Positions 9,041-17,900 of a DNA stretch of 64,000 nt are shown one piece after another. The stretch comes from a virus, in IMG/VR virus record IMGVR_UViG_3300050821_005814, positions 32,001-96,000 of that record, one strand, 5' to 3'. Position numbers and translations under genes: made by a program. The number at the start of each line of letters is the position of its first letter. The first letter of the stretch is position 1. Below the pieces are notes generated by a model, which was not told the origin of the DNA, ran no database searches, and saw only the letters and a program-made list of their open reading frames with translations.

Positions 9041-11098
9041 CTACTTCACGGCGCGAACTGGCGGCTCACCTCGCCCATAGCGATGGTTGTCAAGCCATCC
9101 CTTGAGCGCTGCGACAGTCATCTGGCGAATAGTGCCGATGCGGTCTGATCCCCGACCATCAGAGAACGCTGCTTTGTATGCAGTCAGCGCTTGCTCGCGC
9201 GACGAGAAGCGCAGCATGCACTTGTGCTCATCGAACACACCGCTATCTGGGTTCAATTGCTCGATCACCCAACACTGCTCCTGCTTCTCGTCGTCGCCGA
9301 TGAAGCAATCCATTTGCTCGCGAGGACCTTCAGCCGATGATGTGCCACTAATATACCCATAATGCGCAGGCATCACTGTCGACCAGCCATACCCTTTGCG
9401 CGCCTCGCCTTTCGGCGTCTCGATGATGCATGTCAGCGGCCCGACATCGACCATGCTGAGCGCATCCATCTGCCGCGCGCGAATGATGTGGCGCAGGAGT
9501 AGCGCATTGCCTGACAACGGGATGCCTTGATCGTCTGTGTCGTCGGGTTTCTCGCTTTCAGCCTGCGGTCCCTCGAGCAGCGGTTCTGTGTTCTCACCAG
9601 CAGCGGGGGTCTGGGTGCTTTCAGGCATCGCGGGAGCAGCGCCGCTCATGCCTGGACCTCCCTGCATTGGCATCCCTGTCTGCGGATCGACCTCTGGCTG
9701 TCCAGGCAGAGGCGCTAATGCGTCGGCCTGTTCCGCCATGTCGAGATCTTCGTCCGTGATGTTGCTGCCAAACCCTGTGATGCGCGAGGACTGGCGAATC
9801 TCCATCATAGCGGTCTTCAGCGTGAAGACGCGATCCTGCAGTAGATTGCTCGTCGCACCTGCGATCGTGCCGGCGATCTGCGACTTCTCGAGCTCAGTCA
9901 ACTGCCATAGCGGCGCAAACTTGTAGTTGAACCCATCTGGCAGCGGTTCACCAAAATGCGACTGATGCGTGATGTGGAATAGGCGTGTGACAAACCGCCG
10001 CAAGCGCGCTTCCTGTTGGCTGCGCGTACCATCATAGTAATTGCGCAGGTCGCTATCGCCAGTCGAGTTCAGTCCTGCAGGCGACTGCGCGAACAAGCGC
10101 GTCATGGGAATGTCAGCGGCACCCGCGACCTGCTGCCCGAATTGCAGCATCATGTCGGACAGCCCAGCAAACGTGTATGACTGCGACTCAAAGTCGTCGG
10201 CTTTGTCAAGGACCGTCATGCCCTCAATCGACTGCATGACACGTATGAGCTGCATGAACTGCTTGACAGCATCCGCCATCTTGCCGCCAGCAGCGATGAT
10301 CTCCCGCAGGTTCTCAATCTTGAGTACGCGTAGGTGCGCTTTGTAGATGAGCTGCGCAGCGCCTTGCGTTGACGAGTCGAATGCGATCATGCGATCGAAC
10401 ACCGGCTCGATCACCGACGCACCCCAACCATTCTCAGTGATCAACTGCCAGTAGGGCAGCTCAATGCCATCCAAGCGTATGCAACGCGAATGGTGAATCT
10501 TCATATTGGGGATTGACCGCGCATCAGCGACCGTGTCATAGAACTTTGGCATACCAAAGTCAGGCCCGAAGTCAGTCACGGGGTTTTCGATATGCGGCCA
10601 TACCATCCAGCGATCGAGGACGAGTATTCCCTTGAACTGATTTTTGCTGACAGTCTCAACGCGCAAGGGGGTTGAGATGTCCTGCCCCTCAATCATGATG
10701 ACGCCAAGCGCACCGCCATACAGGCGCGACCACTTGAGCACACTATTGAGCCGCGACCAAATCTGCAAGTCGTTCCAATACTGGTTCAGCGAGTCAATGC
10801 GGTCGGGCGGCATGTCCGACTCAATGTTGACCCCTTCCCGCGTCATGTCGTCAGCGACTACGTCAACGACCTTGCGCACGAGCCATGCGCCACGATACAT
10901 CCACTCGAGTAGCGTATGGTTGCGGCTGAGCGGATTAAACCCATAGGTCGACGCGGACGAAAGGTTGTTCGTGCCATACCCAAGGTTAGCAGCAAAGTTC
11001 TGGAAGCTGTCTGCTGTACGCACACGCGCGATGGAGTCGCTCGTGTATGCCTGCACGCGCACGCGCGGCTTGATAGGTGCGATAGGCGCGTCACTCAC
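9041..11098 (-). CDS. Portal protein (DUF1073 family) with C-terminal inorganic pyrophosphatase-like domain
   Basis: WLVRKVVDVVADDMTREG, WSRLYGG, IHHSR, DIPMTRLFAQSPAGLNSTGDSDLRNYYD; C-terminal IETPKG...HYGYI...DCFIG...FDEHKCML. Start GTG 11098 is preferred; the ORF is open to 11164. Confidence 0.92.
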   Translation of the reverse strand: MSDAPIAPIKPRVRVQAYTSDSIARVRTADSFQNFAANLGYGTNNLSSASTYGFNPLSRNHTLLEWMYRGAWLVRKVVDVVADDMTREGVNIESDMPPDRIDSLNQYWNDLQIWSRLNSVLKWSRLYGGALGVIMIEGQDISTPLRVETVSKNQFKGILVLDRWMVWPHIENPVTDFGPDFGMPKFYDTVADARSIPNMKIHHSRCIRLDGIELPYWQLITENGWGASVIEPVFDRMIAFDSSTQGAAQLIYKAHLRVLKIENLREIIAAGGKMADAVKQFMQLIRVMQSIEGMTVLDKADDFESQSYTFAGLSDMMLQFGQQVAGAADIPMTRLFAQSPAGLNSTGDSDLRNYYDGTRSQQEARLRRFVTRLFHITHQSHFGEPLPDGFNYKFAPLWQLTELEKSQIAGTIAGATSNLLQDRVFTLKTAMMEIRQSSRITGFGSNITDEDLDMAEQADALAPLPGQPEVDPQTGMPMQGGPGMSGAAPAMPESTQTPAAGENTEPLLEGPQAESEKPDDTDDQGIPLSGNALLLRHIIRARQMDALSMVDVGPLTCIIETPKGEARKGYGWSTVMPAHYGYISGTSSAEGPREQMDCFIGDDEKQEQCWVIEQLNPDSGVFDEHKCMLRFSSREQALTAYKAAFSDGRGSDRIGTIRQMTVAALKGWLDNHRYGRGEPPVRAVK

Positions 11099-11394
11099 TT
11101 GCTTGACATCTCCTGCTGCTGCTGACGTAGTAATGCCAGCGCTTGGCTCAGCTTGCTGCTGCACTCGTCAAGGCGGTCGGCAGTCAGCGCACGCACATCC
11201 TCGTTCTTGTTAGCGTACTCAATGATGGAGTCGAAGGTCCGGGGTTGTTTAGGCTTCACGATAGCAGCGGGATGCGGCGCGCACCCCTGCTCGAGATCTG
11301 CAGGAAGGTGCATGTAAGGCGCAGTCGTTGCTTGCTGCGGCGCATGCGTGCAGCAGCTAAACATCATCAACAGGCTTGCAGGAACCAGACGCAA
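11095..11394 (-). CDS. Putative lipoprotein (o-spanin/Rz1-like)
   Basis: Hydrophobic N-terminus ending in FSCC, Pro-rich segment (PADLEQGC), C-terminal coiled coil. Confidence 0.45.
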   Translation of the reverse strand: MRLVPASLLMMFSCCTHAPQQATTAPYMHLPADLEQGCAPHPAAIVKPKQPRTFDSIIEYANKNEDVRALTADRLDECSSKLSQALALLRQQQQEMSSK

Positions 11395-11397
11395 GGA

Positions 11398-11895
11398 TCA
11401 GTGCCCTCTGCCAGTCAGCGGTGTGTTGCTTGCCTTCTCAATCTGCTCAACGCGTACCTCGTGATTGACGTCATGCTGTTCAAGCGTATTGAGGCGCTTG
11501 CTTGATTCGCCCTGCTCCGCCTGCAGTGACGCAATCTGCTGACGCAAGACATCCAGCTGATCAGCGCGCGGACCAGCACCAACGGCTGCTGCTAGTGCTT
11601 GTGTCTGCTTTGCGAGCTCTTGCATTGAGGCTGTCACCATAGTCACACGCTCATTGATCGTCTGCACCTGCGCGGCCGTCTTCGCGGCATTGACGTCATC
11701 CCGCGAGAACACGCCAGACAAGCCAAGGATGAGCGTCAGCGTCGCAGCAGCAGCGCCAATGATGATTGCGACCGCTTGCCATGCCGACGCGTTACGTTCG
11801 AAATGTTGCCGAGCTCCATCAACCACTTTTTTGCCCCATGTCTTTGGCTCGCGGTTAACTACCTCATCAAGTTTGATGATCGACGCCAGTTGCAT
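11398..11895 (-). CDS. Single-TM coiled-coil membrane protein (possible lysis accessory)
   Basis: TM segment AVAIIIGAAAATLTLILGL followed by a long coiled coil; adjacent to the lipoprotein gene. Confidence 0.6.
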   Translation of the reverse strand: MQLASIIKLDEVVNREPKTWGKKVVDGARQHFERNASAWQAVAIIIGAAAATLTLILGLSGVFSRDDVNAAKTAAQVQTINERVTMVTASMQELAKQTQALAAAVGAGPRADQLDVLRQQIASLQAEQGESSKRLNTLEQHDVNHEVRVEQIEKASNTPLTGRGH

Positions 11896-12012
11896 CGGAA
11901 GCCTCCTTCAGCATTGGGTTGAGCGAGCAACAAAAATGCTGCTCGCCGCTCGCGTTGCTTAAATGATAGCTCCCGGACCTTAGCGCCCCAAAGCGGGGCG
12001 ACATATTGCTAG

Positions 12013-12384
12013 CTAATGCAGGTCGCTAAGAATTGACTCCTTGTGCGTGATCCGAGGCTGGATCATGCCAAAGAACATGCCTTGAATCAGCGTGCCGTAC
12101 CAATGCCAGATGCCTGCCTCGCTTACCGGAGATACAAACACAGGCGTGTTGAGAGTGACATTAGGCCATTCCCCGCGCACTGTCCACTCAGGACGTCCGC
12201 GCCCATGACCAACAAAATGTATAAGACCGTGCCGACCACAACCACACGGGCATGCAAAGCGGACAGCGGATGGCGTTTCATCGTCATCCCAGTACAAGAA
12301 GTGGAACGCACCCGGCTGGCGCTTGATGATGTCTGTCGACGTCGCTGGCACCTCGAACGCTTGCACTTGTAAGCCAGTCCTCAT
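12013..12384 (-). CDS. Second DUF6527-like CPCGCG protein
   Basis: FACPCGCG...WTVRGEWPNVTLNTPV...WHWYGTLIQG; start ATG 12384 after GAGGGG. Confidence 0.65.
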   Translation of the reverse strand: MRTGLQVQAFEVPATSTDIIKRQPGAFHFLYWDDDETPSAVRFACPCGCGRHGLIHFVGHGRGRPEWTVRGEWPNVTLNTPVFVSPVSEAGIWHWYGTLIQGMFFGMIQPRITHKESILSDLH

Positions 12385-12718
12385 TTGATCCCCCCTCAGA
12401 AGGCAGCAATGGTACGGTGCGCGTGCCGAAAGGTATCTCGCCGCGCACACGATCAACCATCTCATTGCTATTGGGCGGCAAGTACATGCGCTTCCAGTCA
12501 GGCGTTGTCGGGGGCGGCGCGGCATTAGCTGCCAATGCTTGCGTGATCTGAGTATGACTCGGTAATCCCAAGCGTAAGCGGCGGTCAGCAATCGTGTGTA
12601 CGTTGATACCCATGCGTTCAGCTATGTCAGTGTTACGCAGGGGCGGGCGGAGATTGCAGAGAGCTATTAGCTCAGCATCACGCTTAGGCCAGTACAAAGA
12701 CGATCCACGTATAGGCAT
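12284..12718 (-). CDS. GcrA-like N-terminal HTH protein
   Basis: WPKRDAELIAL...DIAERMGINVHTIADRRLRLGL resembles the GcrA DNA-binding N-terminus. Confidence 0.55.
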   Translation of the reverse strand: MPIRGSSLYWPKRDAELIALCNLRPPLRNTDIAERMGINVHTIADRRLRLGLPSHTQITQALAANAAPPPTTPDWKRMYLPPNSNEMVDRVRGEIPFGTRTVPLLPSEGGSNEDWLTSASVRGASDVDRHHQAPAGCVPLLVLG

Positions 12719-12730
12719 TAGCGCGCATCC

Positions 12731-13057
12731 CTAAGGCACTTTCGCAATCGCATGGCATATATCGCCAACCTCATACCAGACCATCCAAGCACGCGTGCCG
12801 TTCGCTAGCAGCACTTGCTTTGAGCAGGATGAGTAGTCGCCTTCCTGCTGATGCTTGATAGTCGGATCAGCAACCAATTGCGGCGCAAACGGTGCGACAT
12901 GGTCATCGAGAAACTGCACAGTCCATGCGCCGCAGAAGAATAGCACCATGAGCGCTATGGTTGTGATCAACGCCCAAAGACCGCGCGGCGCATGCTTCTC
13001 ATTGATGATAGGCGGCAGCACGCGTTGCAGTTTGCCGTGTCGATGCACATACATCAT
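12731..13057 (-). CDS. Membrane-anchored hypothetical protein (paralog of 13377-13652)
   Basis: TM segment plus C-terminal CSKQVLLANGTRAWMVWYEVGDICH. Confidence 0.65.
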   Translation of the reverse strand: MMYVHRHGKLQRVLPPIINEKHAPRGLWALITTIALMVLFFCGAWTVQFLDDHVAPFAPQLVADPTIKHQQEGDYSSCSKQVLLANGTRAWMVWYEVGDICHAIAKVP

Positions 13058-13410
13058 TGCGTACCCATCTTGAGCGCCTCAGCAAGCGTGAGTTCACCCC
13101 ATGTGCAATCAACGCCATACCCTTCGCCGCGTTCAACTGCTTGCCGCGCATTAGCATGCGCAAACATCACATAGGCTTTAGCGGCACCATGCGCGTAGGC
13201 ATACCGCCCACCTTGAGGAGGCGTGCGAAGTTGCATGCCTCGCGGCGAGTACATGCGAAACACATCACCCGCCTTGAGATCACGCACCTCAACATACGAC
13301 CACTTCTCGGACACACGGTCGTAGCGCATAGCGTACGTCCGCTCATCTTTCGGCGTCTCCGGCCACTCGTCATCCATCAGCGCGGCTTCACTTCTGCGAG
13401 CTCGTGACAA
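13054..13410 (-). CDS. Hypothetical protein
   Basis: 118 aa, coupled to neighbouring genes. Confidence 0.6.
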   Translation of the reverse strand: MSRARRSEAALMDDEWPETPKDERTYAMRYDRVSEKWSYVEVRDLKAGDVFRMYSPRGMQLRTPPQGGRYAYAHGAAKAYVMFAHANARQAVERGEGYGVDCTWGELTLAEALKMGTQ

Positions 13411-13652
13411 GTATCACCCGCCTCAGCCCAGACGATCTCGGCGACAGTACCATCAGACAGCAGCGCTTCACCAGCGCATGCGACCTTGCCGCTACTCCTG
13501 CCAATCGTAGCAGGCGGCGCTGACGAACGTACTATGGCTGACAGCACAGACGCATGCACAGGCGGCGGATCATCGACTGCGCTCACGAACATTACTATAG
13601 ATGCGCCGCCTAGCAGCGCTACCACGACCCACGTGAGCAGCGCGCGGATCAT
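13377..13652 (-). CDS. Membrane-anchored hypothetical protein
   Basis: N-terminal TM plus CAGEALLSDGTVAEIVWAEAGDTCH. Confidence 0.65.
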   Translation of the reverse strand: MIRALLTWVVVALLGGASIVMFVSAVDDPPPVHASVLSAIVRSSAPPATIGRSSGKVACAGEALLSDGTVAEIVWAEAGDTCHELAEVKPR

Positions 13653-13795
13653 AACCGGTACCGGACATAGCTCATCCGCCGCCCCAGCCGATACTCATTC
13701 CATTGCTGATGCCAGAGCGCACTTGCTTCCTGCGATGTCGTGATGCAGATCTCCCACCTGCCATCGCGGAACATGTAGACTGTATAGCGTATCAT
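13649..13795 (-). CDS. Small hypothetical protein (48 aa)
   Basis: Read manually: MIRYTVYMFRDGRWEIC...; ATGA-coupled to TerL and to the next gene. Confidence 0.5.
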   Translation of the reverse strand: MIRYTVYMFRDGRWEICITTSQEASALWHQQWNEYRLGRRMSYVRYRL

Positions 13796-15123
13796 CCTGC
13801 CAATTTCTCCCAAACGCCAAGACCACCACGCTTGGTAATATACCCGTCAAGCGAGTAACCGACCGCATCCCACCCATGGTTGTGCGCGTCGACTACTATC
13901 GGCAGTATCAGCGGCTGCTTTGTGACTGGATCAATACGCTTCTCGTCAGTCTTGTAGGAATAGAGCCTCGCCTCCTGCGCCATACCGACGCAGCGCTCGT
14001 GAATGTGAATCTTGCCAAAGCCCTTCAGGTGCGAGATGCGGTCTTCAACGCACCCCTGCCACTTGAGTGCAGCAGACATGTTGATGCCTTGCCGCAATAC
14101 ATAGCTGATCGTCTCCGGCCGCGCGTTGTCCGCCTTCACCGGCCAGTCAGTGATACCAGGAATGCCCTCGTACTGCATGCCGCTGATTGGTGCGCGGCCG
14201 CCCTTCAGCGCGTAGGGGATGTCTTCCAACTCAACGCCAACGCCGAAGAACTCATGCGTGATCCACAAGTCGTTGTTGTGGATGTAGCTGCGTATGCCGC
14301 ACAGCGGATCGTTCGCAAAGCCAAAGTCGACGCCGTAGAAGTACTTGTCGACGATCTCAGGTTCCTCGAACCCTTCGATCGCATAGCGGTCCTTGAAGAT
14401 AGCTGCTGACGAAATATGCCGGCACATACCCTCCCACACCCAGTCGTACGCGTCTGCGTCTGTCAGCATCATTTGCTTGCGCAGACGATTGAGCGACTCA
14501 GGGAACCATGGATTGTCCTGCCAGCCTACCTTCTCGACGAGTGCGTCTGTCGAATGACCTGTGACAAACGTCGCATACATGTAGTCGTCGGGATCAACGG
14601 CATTGAAGCTGATCCAAATCTCCGGGTTGATACCGCCACGCTCGCCTCTGATCGTTGGGTCGAGGAGCAGCATGGACTCGCGTGATGTCGTCTGCCCTTC
14701 CTCAATCCAGCAAATCGTCACACCTTCAAGCGATCGTATCTCAGCGATGTTACGCTTGAGTCCGCGGAAGATGAACTCACTACCCGTCAGCTTGCATCGT
14801 ATCGTGCGGTCGGTGATCTCGAAGAACGCTGCTAGTCCGAGTGCGCGTATCTGACCTGCAATGACACGATGCACGCTGTCAGCGATACTCGTCTGGAACT
14901 CACGCGTGCAGAGTATCAAATGTTTCTGCACCATCGCACGCCCAATTGCCGCACGTGCAAATGATCGGCTCTTAGCCCCGCCTCGACCGCCCCAGGCGAC
15001 CCGATATCTTACCGCCTCACCCGCGTCGGTCGTGCTCGCGGATAACAGCTTGCGAAAGCGCGGCGGGAAGCGGATGCGAAGAGGACCAGGACCTTCTGAA
15101 TCTGTGAGAGCGTCGAGAGGCAT
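13792..15123 (-). CDS. terL: Terminase large subunit (PBSX family)
   Basis: Walker A GGRGGAKS, Walker B CWIEEG, nuclease YGVDFGFANDP, HNHGWDAVGY. Confidence 0.95.
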   Translation of the reverse strand: MPLDALTDSEGPGPLRIRFPPRFRKLLSASTTDAGEAVRYRVAWGGRGGAKSRSFARAAIGRAMVQKHLILCTREFQTSIADSVHRVIAGQIRALGLAAFFEITDRTIRCKLTGSEFIFRGLKRNIAEIRSLEGVTICWIEEGQTTSRESMLLLDPTIRGERGGINPEIWISFNAVDPDDYMYATFVTGHSTDALVEKVGWQDNPWFPESLNRLRKQMMLTDADAYDWVWEGMCRHISSAAIFKDRYAIEGFEEPEIVDKYFYGVDFGFANDPLCGIRSYIHNNDLWITHEFFGVGVELEDIPYALKGGRAPISGMQYEGIPGITDWPVKADNARPETISYVLRQGINMSAALKWQGCVEDRISHLKGFGKIHIHERCVGMAQEARLYSYKTDEKRIDPVTKQPLILPIVVDAHNHGWDAVGYSLDGYITKRGGLGVWEKLAG

Positions 15124-15126
15124 GAC

Positions 15127-15624
15127 TCAATTGCCTTGCGCCTCTTGGCCATACGACTTCCCCGACAACCATATATGTCTGGGGTCGCTATTGAGATACC
15201 CTGACGACAACCCATCGATCGTTGTCATGTAGATGCGGAAGTCGTAGATGTCCTCGCCATTCGCATAGTCACAGCCACAATTGATGACTGCCCCCGAGTT
15301 GACGAATGTGTCGTAGGCCTCGCCGCCAAGCGCTGCCCAAAAGTCGACGCCATTCTTATGCACAGATAGCACGAGGTTGAGATTGACCATTAGCGGCGCG
15401 CCAAAGTTCATGACCCAACCCTGTGCGCACCAGTCAATATGACCGGCTTGCGGCTTCCACTGGAAGTTGACGTTGTCCCACTCGCCGCCTGTGTCATAGC
15501 CCTTCACGCCAGCAAAGTTGAAGTCAGTGCGGCCCTGCATCTTCGTGTAGCCGCCGACAGGACCGTGGGGGATGCCCATCTGCGACAAACTACCATTGGG
15601 TCCAGCACGAAAGCTATTGATCAT
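15127..15624 (-). CDS. Stand-alone C1q-like beta-sandwich protein
   Basis: SFRA...YDTGGEWDNVNFQWKPQAG...KNG...IWLSG pattern; similar to 23095-23598. Confidence 0.55.
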   Translation of the reverse strand: MINSFRAGPNGSLSQMGIPHGPVGGYTKMQGRTDFNFAGVKGYDTGGEWDNVNFQWKPQAGHIDWCAQGWVMNFGAPLMVNLNLVLSVHKNGVDFWAALGGEAYDTFVNSGAVINCGCDYANGEDIYDFRIYMTTIDGLSSGYLNSDPRHIWLSGKSYGQEAQGN

Positions 15625-15759
15625 TCGTCCTATGTTCCTTGCAAGTGCAGAGGCTGAGCGCCGGTTCGGGACCTTCAGTCGTCAGGGGAGCCGGGGGAGG
15701 AACGCCAGCGCGACCAAAGGGTCGCTCAGCCTCTGCTTCGTTGAGCGCTTAGCTGCGCC

Positions 15760-16101
15760 TTATAGTGACTCGCGCTTGATGCGCGCACGTTGTTCGACTT
15801 TTGCATGACGCACTGCATGGAGTAGTTCAAACAATGACGCATGCGCTAACCAAGAAGCGAAGTCGCGCTTGCGCACACCATCCGACTCCGCATACATCAT
15901 CAACCCAAGCGTCTGCACATCGCTGCCTTCACGCACTACCATGTGCTGCAAGTCAGCGCGCGGCACAAAGCCTGCTTTCGCCCACTCAACGCGAATTGCG
16001 CGACGCATGCGATAGGTAGCGACATGCGTGATCTCTTTGTCTTCATCCGTGCGCGGCGGCCGATGCCAGCTCACTTGTACGTCGCCCATGGATGCGAGCA
16101 T
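15760..16101 (-). CDS. Hypothetical protein
   Basis: 113 aa in operon orientation. Confidence 0.6.
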   Translation of the reverse strand: MLASMGDVQVSWHRPPRTDEDKEITHVATYRMRRAIRVEWAKAGFVPRADLQHMVVREGSDVQTLGLMMYAESDGVRKRDFASWLAHASLFELLHAVRHAKVEQRARIKRESL

Positions 16102-16364
16102 GGATCAGTCGTCGGCCAGTAGTTCTTCTCAACGGCAATGTTCACGCCGTTCTCGCACTCAATGAGCATCGTGCGTGATGGAGGTGCGGTCGTCAGCACT
16201 GACCCAGCAGGCGGGGAATTCTGCTGAGGCCAAGGCGGATCGTTCAACGCCCCCTCATCGCACAGCGTGATCATACCCTTGACATTATCCCACACCATAG
16301 TGCATTCCGGCGCAGGCGACGCAGCAATCGTCAGGAGAGCGGCAAGCAAAGCTAGTGCGCGCAT
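16071..16364 (-). CDS. Hypothetical secreted protein
   Basis: Signal peptide MRALALLAALLTIAASPA. Confidence 0.6.
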   Translation of the reverse strand: MRALALLAALLTIAASPAPECTMVWDNVKGMITLCDEGALNDPPWPQQNSPPAGSVLTTAPPSRTMLIECENGVNIAVEKNYWPTTDPCSHPWATYK

Positions 16365-16648
16365 TTGACTACATCCTGCAACGCATCCAATGGCAGCGAG
16401 TAACGCTCATGCACGAGACGAACGAACTTGTCCGCATCCCACTTGAACGTCAGCACCATCGAGTAGCGCTGCGCCTTCTGCGCATCGGTTGGCTCGTCCG
16501 CGTCGCACGTGTAGCACTCAAGCGCAATGTCCGCGAGATCATCGACTGCTGATGCAGGCATCGATGTGAAAGTCGTCAGCGCCTTTGCGGCGCCCTCGAT
16601 CACCGCATGTATGCGGTTGATGCCAGCACCCTTCGAGTAGGTGACCAT
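16352..16648 (-). CDS. Hypothetical protein
   Basis: 98 aa, coupled. Confidence 0.6.
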   Translation of the reverse strand: MVTYSKGAGINRIHAVIEGAAKALTTFTSMPASAVDDLADIALECYTCDADEPTDAQKAQRYSMVLTFKWDADKFVRLVHERYSLPLDALQDVVKCAH

Positions 16649-16819
16649 TATCGTGTCTTCTCAGCCCCCATCACAAAGCAGTGCGCTGATGCTAGCTGCG
16701 TCGCTTGTATCCACTGCGCTGCTAGATCACACGCCTGCAGGTTTGCCCAACCATCCTTGATGGCAACCCCATGGCTGCTCACCGTGATCAGGACTATACC
16801 TGCAAGCAAGCCGCGCACG

Positions 16820-17008
16820 CTACTTGTCCTTGAAGAAGGCACCCAAGAGCGAGTTGATGAAGCTGCCATCGCCTTTCGGTAGCATCAAACCAGTCACCTC
16901 ACGCAACGTGCGCGGTCCAATGCCGCCAAGCTTACCGTTGGAGCGTGTGCGGCGCATGCTATTGCGACGTTCAGCGCGATAGCGGCGTAGGCTATTCCCT
17001 TTCGGCAT
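16820..17008 (-). CDS. Small basic hypothetical protein
   Basis: 62 aa, TGATG-coupled to the upstream gene. Confidence 0.5.
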   Translation of the reverse strand: MPKGNSLRRYRAERRNSMRRTRSNGKLGGIGPRTLREVTGLMLPKGDGSFINSLLGAFFKDK

Positions 17009-17187
17009 CAGATCAGTCCCTTCTCTCGCGCGATCCCAGTTGGGATGGTATATACATCGCCGTCACGCTCAACGAGCGCCTTAGGTAACCATACCTTCTT
17101 ATCGCCATCGCTCACGAGCCATGCAAGATCGGTCTCGTGAACGTAGTCCAAGGTGAGATCAACGATCTCGTCACCCTTCTGCGGCAT
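17008..17187 (-). CDS. Small hypothetical phage protein (59 aa)
   Basis: Read manually: MPQKGDEIVDLTLDYVHETDLAWLVSDGDKKVWLPKALVE...EKGLI; GAGGGAG SD and GGGTATATGC motif upstream. Confidence 0.7.
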   Translation of the reverse strand: MPQKGDEIVDLTLDYVHETDLAWLVSDGDKKVWLPKALVERDGDVYTIPTGIAREKGLI

Positions 17188-17509
17188 TTGACTCTCCCTC
17201 AGCTAAGGGAGCATATACCCGACGTTCAACGCATGTCCGCACTATGCTGCACATGGCGGGATAGAGACAGGCGCCGCGTAGTGAGCACTGGTAACGATAG
17301 GCAATGGCCTCGGGCGCAGGGGACGCATCATGACACGCACTAGCCCAGCCGATCATATTCGCCTGCGCGATCGCTGCGTTGCGCCTATGCGCTCGACGCA
17401 AGCACGTGTTGTACCTAGCGCGCCACCAGCGGTATTGCGTGTCAGCGGTAAGCCTGCGCGTCGCACGTTCGCGCTCCATGAGCGTCCACGCTGCGACAAA
17501 TGCTTTCAT
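17171..17509 (-). CDS. Hypothetical protein
   Basis: 112 aa, ATGA-coupled. Confidence 0.45.
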   Translation of the reverse strand: MKAFVAAWTLMERERATRRLTADTQYRWWRARYNTCLRRAHRRNAAIAQANMIGWASACHDASPAPEAIAYRYQCSLRGACLYPAMCSIVRTCVERRVYAPLAEGESNAAEG

Positions 17510-17691
17510 TTTGGCAGCAAGTGCGCGACAACGTGCGTACGATTGCCCATACGTTTCTTCGACATGACCTTGTAAGGATGCCCTTTTGGCACATGCAGCT
17601 CCATGGTGCCTGGATCAGCATAATCAGTATGCCCTTCAGCTACTGCATGCTTAAGGCTAGTCGCATCTAACCACACGTGCACCTCAACCAT
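17506..17691 (-). CDS. Small hypothetical protein with VHVWLD N-terminus
   Basis: MVEVHVWLDATSLK...ELHVPKGHPYKV. Confidence 0.55.
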   Translation of the reverse strand: MVEVHVWLDATSLKHAVAEGHTDYADPGTMELHVPKGHPYKVMSKKRMGNRTHVVAHLLPK

Positions 17692-17900
17692 CACGCACAC
17701 TTCCAGGCAGCAAGACCTAGCCCAACGCCTTCATAGAAAGAGCTATCCAAGGCATGCACAAAGTCGTGCTTGATAAAGCAGTCGAAAACAACGTTGGCTG
17801 CTACCAGCGATCCCCACAAGATCAACATGTCAATGCGACGCTTGCGGCGCTGCTCACGCACAACGCGTGTGATGGTCTCGAGCAATTGCTCGCTAGTCAT
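17691..17900 (-). CDS. Small membrane protein
   Basis: 69 aa with hydrophobic segments, coupled to TerS. Confidence 0.55.
   Translation of the reverse strand: MTSEQLLETITRVVREQRRKRRIDMLILWGSLVAANVVFDCFIKHDFVHALDSSFYEGVGLGLAAWKCA

Noticed and set aside
17506-17691. ADP-ribosyltransferase remnant (ELHVPKG..YKV)
   Set aside because: Too short and lacking the R, STS and ExE catalytic motifs; the similarity cannot be supported.
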